From a virus, in IMG/VR virus record IMGVR_UViG_3300027974_000020, positions 96,001 to 160,000 of that record: a stretch of DNA of 64,000 nt; one strand, 5' to 3'. Made by a program: the position numbers and the translations under genes. The notes beneath the pieces are model-generated. The model ran no database searches. It saw only the letters and a program-made list of their open reading frames with translations, and was not told the DNA's origin. Positions 60,076 to 64,000 of the stretch are shown here, piece after piece. Numbering within the stretch: position 1 is the stretch's first letter; each line of letters begins with the position of its first letter.

Positions 60076-60320
60076 TGGACAAAGAACGTTCTAATTCAGA
60101 GTCATACAGTTTAGTAGATGAAGTCCCCGAAGAAATATCGACTGATGTTATAACCGACCTTAAATCAGGTATTTATAATTTATTTATATCATTATACAGT
60201 CACCTCGTAATTGATTTTGGTGTTGACGAAGCAGTCAATCAATCAACTGCTTTTATCGACGACATATCACTAAACTTTAAACAAATAACCAATAAAAACA
60301 CAGAAAGCCAAACAACATGA
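60072..60320 (+). CDS. Hypothetical protein
   Basis: Coupled to neighbours. Confidence 0.65.
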   Translation: MMDKERSNSESYSLVDEVPEEISTDVITDLKSGIYNLFISLYSHLVIDFGVDEAVNQSTAFIDDISLNFKQITNKNTESQTT

Positions 60321-60760
60321 TAGATCCAAAAAACATAATAAATATTACCGGTGGAGTCGTTGCTGATCCAGAACTAGTAAACGATGGAAAGATTGCTAAC
60401 TTTACCCTTGCAGTTGACTACGCTGGTTCAGAAAAAGGCTCTGATAACAATACAGGTTATTTTGATATAGTTTACTACCTCAAAGATGGAAGTGCTTTTG
60501 CTAGCAAAAATGCATCTTTTATTCATAATCAAATTTCTGAGTCTAAAATCAAAAAAGGTGCTAGACTTTCAATTGTTGGTCGCGTAGTCCAGCAACGTTG
60601 GAAACAAGATGACAAAACTAGAACTAAAATAGTTATCATTGCAGAGCACATTGCTTACGCAGTCACGTCAGGTGCAAAGCCAGCAAATGGTTCAACTACT
60701 TCTTCAGATGCAAAAGAAACAACTTCTGCTTCAGCCGCTTCGGTTCCAGATAGCTTTTAA
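60317..60760 (+). CDS. ssb: Single-stranded DNA-binding protein
   Basis: ITGGVVADPEL, FTLAVD, KKGARLSIVGRV.QQRW, tail PDSF. Confidence 0.88.
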   Translation: MIDPKNIINITGGVVADPELVNDGKIANFTLAVDYAGSEKGSDNNTGYFDIVYYLKDGSAFASKNASFIHNQISESKIKKGARLSIVGRVVQQRWKQDDKTRTKIVIIAEHIAYAVTSGAKPANGSTTSSDAKETTSASAASVPDSF

Positions 60761-61494
60761 TGGAAGAAGAATTTGACGAAGCGTATTTAGCTTCTTTAAT
60801 TGAAGAAGCTTTAGGCGATAAAGGCAATAACCAAATGCATCCGTCTTCTGGCATGCATCTTGGTTTTGCCGAGTCGAATTTGATGTCTTTGGTTTATGAT
60901 AAATTAACTAAGTATTTTCCTGAGTCTAATTTAAATTCTTTTTTTCAAGATTTTAGATCTGATTTAACATCAAGAAAAGTTTCTTTGTCTATCAAAGAAT
61001 TGCATACTATAACCAAAAATTGCAAGAAGTGTTCTTTACTTTCGGCTGCAGAGCTTCCAAAATGGAATGTTGTAGATCCTGATGTTTTAATAATATTAGA
61101 ATCTCCAAATATACAATCGGATGCTGTAGATCTCTTGGTTAAAAAAATAAAATCAATTGGATTTACGTCTTCACAGATGTGTTTGACCTATGTCAATAGG
61201 TGTCCAAAATATGGTAAGTATGAAAATAAAGAAATAATTAATTGTTCTCCTTATTTGCATAACGAAATACAATTACTTAATCCCAAAGTCATTGTGCCAA
61301 TGGGTTCTTTAGTTACATCTGTTTTATTAAATTCAGACATAAAAATTAAGGACTATCGTGGTAATTTAGTTTGGCTAGGACATTGGCCTATAGTACCAAC
61401 GTATTCTCCTTCATATGCTTTGCGCTCTGGTTCAACCGCGCTGCAGAGTTTTGAAAATGATTTATCTTATGTTTATAAATTTATAAATACATGA
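60760..61494 (+). CDS. Uracil-DNA glycosylase family 4-like protein
   Basis: CKKC, LTYVNRCP, NCSPYL..EIQLLNPKVIVPMG, PTYSPSYALR; GEAP motif is ESP. Confidence 0.75.
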   Translation: MEEEFDEAYLASLIEEALGDKGNNQMHPSSGMHLGFAESNLMSLVYDKLTKYFPESNLNSFFQDFRSDLTSRKVSLSIKELHTITKNCKKCSLLSAAELPKWNVVDPDVLIILESPNIQSDAVDLLVKKIKSIGFTSSQMCLTYVNRCPKYGKYENKEIINCSPYLHNEIQLLNPKVIVPMGSLVTSVLLNSDIKIKDYRGNLVWLGHWPIVPTYSPSYALRSGSTALQSFENDLSYVYKFINT

Positions 61495-61504
61495 CAGGAA
61501 AAAT

Positions 61505-61879
61505 ATGACATTACATACTATCTACAATAGAAATGAATTATCTGCATTTGAAGCTTTAGTCACTAAAGATGTTAAATCTCAAATATCTGATTCAGAGATG
61601 GATACACTTGTTCTAAACATTGATAAGTGGTTATATTGTTTATATGTAATGAAGAGAGATGTGGAATATTATCTTTCTTCTAGAGTTTCTACCAGAAAAA
61701 TTTCTACACAACAAATGAAAGATAGATCTGCTCCCCAAGAGGAGCTGACTGTTTTTCTTGCTTCTGAATCTCTTTGGAAAGTTAATACTTTAAAGTTTTT
61801 AAATTCTTTAGAAAAGAAGATTTTGTTTGTTAAATTTTTATCTAAAGAATTATCTAATTCTAAAACATTAGAAGCTTAA
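61505..61879 (+). CDS. Hypothetical protein
   Basis: ORF with RBS. Confidence 0.7.
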   Translation: MTLHTIYNRNELSAFEALVTKDVKSQISDSEMDTLVLNIDKWLYCLYVMKRDVEYYLSSRVSTRKISTQQMKDRSAPQEELTVFLASESLWKVNTLKFLNSLEKKILFVKFLSKELSNSKTLEA

Positions 61880-62332
61880 ATGTCAGAATCACTTCTTCAT
61901 ACTCCAGAACTATTGTTTTCAATAGATTCTACTGTAGATGAAGAATCTTCCTATAATTTAGTTTCTTTGTATAGGTCTACTTTTATTCTAAATAATTATT
62001 ATGATTCAAAAGAATATACTTTAGAACAAATTTTGTATTTATGCACACAATTTGCATTATTTTCTGGTAGAGTAAAAATTGCTTCCAAACAGGATTCTCC
62101 CACTATAGCCTCTAAAATACCTTTAGAGGTTTTTAGATATAAGATGTTAGATGATGGTTCTTGGTATTATGCTAAAACCACACCTAGAAATCATAAACCT
62201 GGATATATAGTAGAAGGTGCTCTATGGACAAATGGCATGTTCTATTTAACCAGAACTGAAGATACTAAACAGATTTTAGAAGCCACTCTATCCGTTGATC
62301 AATATACAAAGGATTTACACGGTTACCCATGA
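61880..62332 (+). CDS. Hypothetical protein
   Basis: Abuts neighbour. Confidence 0.7.
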   Translation: MSESLLHTPELLFSIDSTVDEESSYNLVSLYRSTFILNNYYDSKEYTLEQILYLCTQFALFSGRVKIASKQDSPTIASKIPLEVFRYKMLDDGSWYYAKTTPRNHKPGYIVEGALWTNGMFYLTRTEDTKQILEATLSVDQYTKDLHGYP

Positions 62333-62589
62333 CAATTAAAACAACTTTTTACCGGTCGAGTTCATTTATTACGAATGTCTCTTGGGACGATGATACCGAA
62401 ACTTTACTTGTACAGTTTATCAGCGGAACTACTTGGTTATATCATGATGTACCTCAAGATACGTACAACCGTTTAGTTCGTTCTCCTTCTGTCGGACAAT
62501 TTTTTAATAAAAATATTAGAGACAAATATCCAAGCGAAGTAATAAATAGAGCATCTCAGCAGGTGGTGAAAAATGGGGAAGAAAAATAA
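62329..62589 (+). CDS. KTSC domain protein
   Basis: SSFITNVSWD...LLVQF.SG..W.Y.DVP...Y..L..SPSVGQFFN..IR. Confidence 0.88.
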   Translation: MTIKTTFYRSSSFITNVSWDDDTETLLVQFISGTTWLYHDVPQDTYNRLVRSPSVGQFFNKNIRDKYPSEVINRASQQVVKNGEEK

Positions 62590-62773
62590 AAATAAACGTT
62601 TTAAAAACTATGGTTATAATTATAGAAACCAGCATTTCTATGAGAATTTTTCCACAAATACCACTGGTTATATCGCTAAATCAGACCAAATAAATAAAAT
62701 TGCTTTAGAAGTTTTTGGTTCTTTACATTTTCAAGTCACTGCAGAAGACTAGAATATCTGCTATAATGTTATT

Positions 62774-63382
62774 ATGACTACCATAGTTGCCCTCCAAGGT
62801 GACGGCTTTGCTTTAGTTTCTTGTGATTCCCGTATATCAGATGTAGACAGTAGCGGTTATATTTCACAAGTTAGCACCTTAAAAGAAGGTACTGCAAAGG
62901 TTGCTTTAAACGGCAAATATCTTTTGGGTGCTGCTGGCGATCTTAGGGCAATAAACATTCTTCATCATGCCTTTACTCCTCCTCCACCACCTGCTGGAAT
63001 AAAGGGTAAGAAACTCGATCAGTTTTTTACTGTTAAGTTTATTCCTGCACTTCGTGAATGTTTTGAATCTCAAGGCTATGCTACTCCAGACAAAGACGAG
63101 AAAATGCATATGGCTGAACATGATTCATTATTGATTGTTGCTGTATGCGGGAATATTTATGTTGTTGACGGCGATTATTCTTGGCTATCTGATACATCCG
63201 GAGTCTATGCTCTTGGTAGTGGTTCTTCTTATGCTCTTGGAGCATTAACCGCGTTAATGCCAAAGACTGCACTAACGGTGCAAACAGCAAAAAAAACCGC
63301 ACTTAAAGCAATGAGTATAGCTTCTAGATTTGACCCTCACACTGGATCTCCATTTCATACTTTTGTTCAGGAAAATCAATAG
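62774..63382 (+). CDS. Proteasome-beta/HslV-like Ntn threonine peptidase
   Basis: MTTIVA (N-terminal Thr), DSR, K, GAAG, ALGSGS.YALGAL, D..TG. Confidence 0.88.
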   Translation: MTTIVALQGDGFALVSCDSRISDVDSSGYISQVSTLKEGTAKVALNGKYLLGAAGDLRAINILHHAFTPPPPPAGIKGKKLDQFFTVKFIPALRECFESQGYATPDKDEKMHMAEHDSLLIVAVCGNIYVVDGDYSWLSDTSGVYALGSGSSYALGALTALMPKTALTVQTAKKTALKAMSIASRFDPHTGSPFHTFVQENQ

Positions 63383-63456
63383 CTTATAAATTGTTTATAA
63401 TACGTTTTTATTGATTATTATATTCTTTAACTACATTATTGATTTTAAGGTCTAAC

Positions 63457-63834
63457 ATGAACGAAACTTTAGTTTGCACAGTGTGTGACAAGAAATGGCA
63501 AAGATTACGTGCCCGTGGCAGAAAACCAATTGTTTGCCCTGCATGCGTTGTCCAAGAAGCTTCTGACAATAAAGAACTTCTTACTACCCCTAAAGTTGAA
63601 ACTCATAATAATGATTTAACTTCTGATGTAAAAAGCATTCTTTGTAACGTATATAGTGCTTATTATCCGAAAGATATTAATGTTTACAAAATAACAGAAT
63701 CTAAACCCAAGGTAAAATGGGTTTGTGTTCATTGTAATTTTGAAATGGTTAGTGTTATACCATTAACTGCTGTGCCTTTGCACAAGTGTTCCAAAAACAC
63801 CTCTTCTCTTACTGAACTATCCTTAGCTAAGTAA
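63457..63834 (+). CDS. Zinc-finger protein
   Basis: CTVC..RGRKP..CPAC; CVHC..HKC. Confidence 0.7.
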   Translation: MNETLVCTVCDKKWQRLRARGRKPIVCPACVVQEASDNKELLTTPKVETHNNDLTSDVKSILCNVYSAYYPKDINVYKITESKPKVKWVCVHCNFEMVSVIPLTAVPLHKCSKNTSSLTELSLAK

Positions 63835-64000
63835 GTTATATATTATATTAATATATCACTCATTTCATAGCTCAAAAGGATTATATGGAGACTCAAGAAC
63901 AAATTAATACACCATTAGATAAGATAAAATATTTTTTATTAAATTTAATTAAAAAGTTATCTGATTTTAAAGTTTTTGTTAGAATAACTGAACTTATATT

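Overview
64-kb fragment of a large, AT-rich dsDNA bacteriophage genome. The host is most likely an actinobacterium: three whiB genes, actinobacterial-style secreted proteins, a tRNA set, recA, SSB, a UDG-like gene and an SF2 helicase are present, and no ribosomal or housekeeping operons. Layout: (1) 1-5.9 kb, minus-strand genes including a large DEDDh-exonuclease-domain protein and a single-domain ClpB-like ATPase. (2) 6.2-11.3 kb, recA plus auxiliary oxygenase/hydrolase genes. (3) 11.5-23.7 kb, a higher-GC array of 1-2-gene units, each delimited by an intrinsic terminator fused to a conserved T-tract-ATG(A/C)CTAG-N5-AGG element (14-15 copies), many followed by tandem predicted H-type pseudoknots. 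(4) Two paralogous ~860-aa proteins carrying the motif series of single-subunit two-barrel (cellular RdRP/YonO-like) RNA polymerases, with an apparently permuted catalytic barrel. (5) 28-48 kb, whiB genes, six canonical tRNAs, one D-arm-less tRNA-like gene, a transglycosylase with a structured leader, a helicase and a subtilase. (6) 48-63.4 kb, an apparently complete ubiquitin-like conjugation/proteolysis module: three E2-like paralogues, JAB peptidase, ThiF/E1, Ubl ending in KG, AAA+ ATPase and a proteasome-beta/HslV-like peptidase. All family assignments are by-eye motif recognition; no database searches were run.
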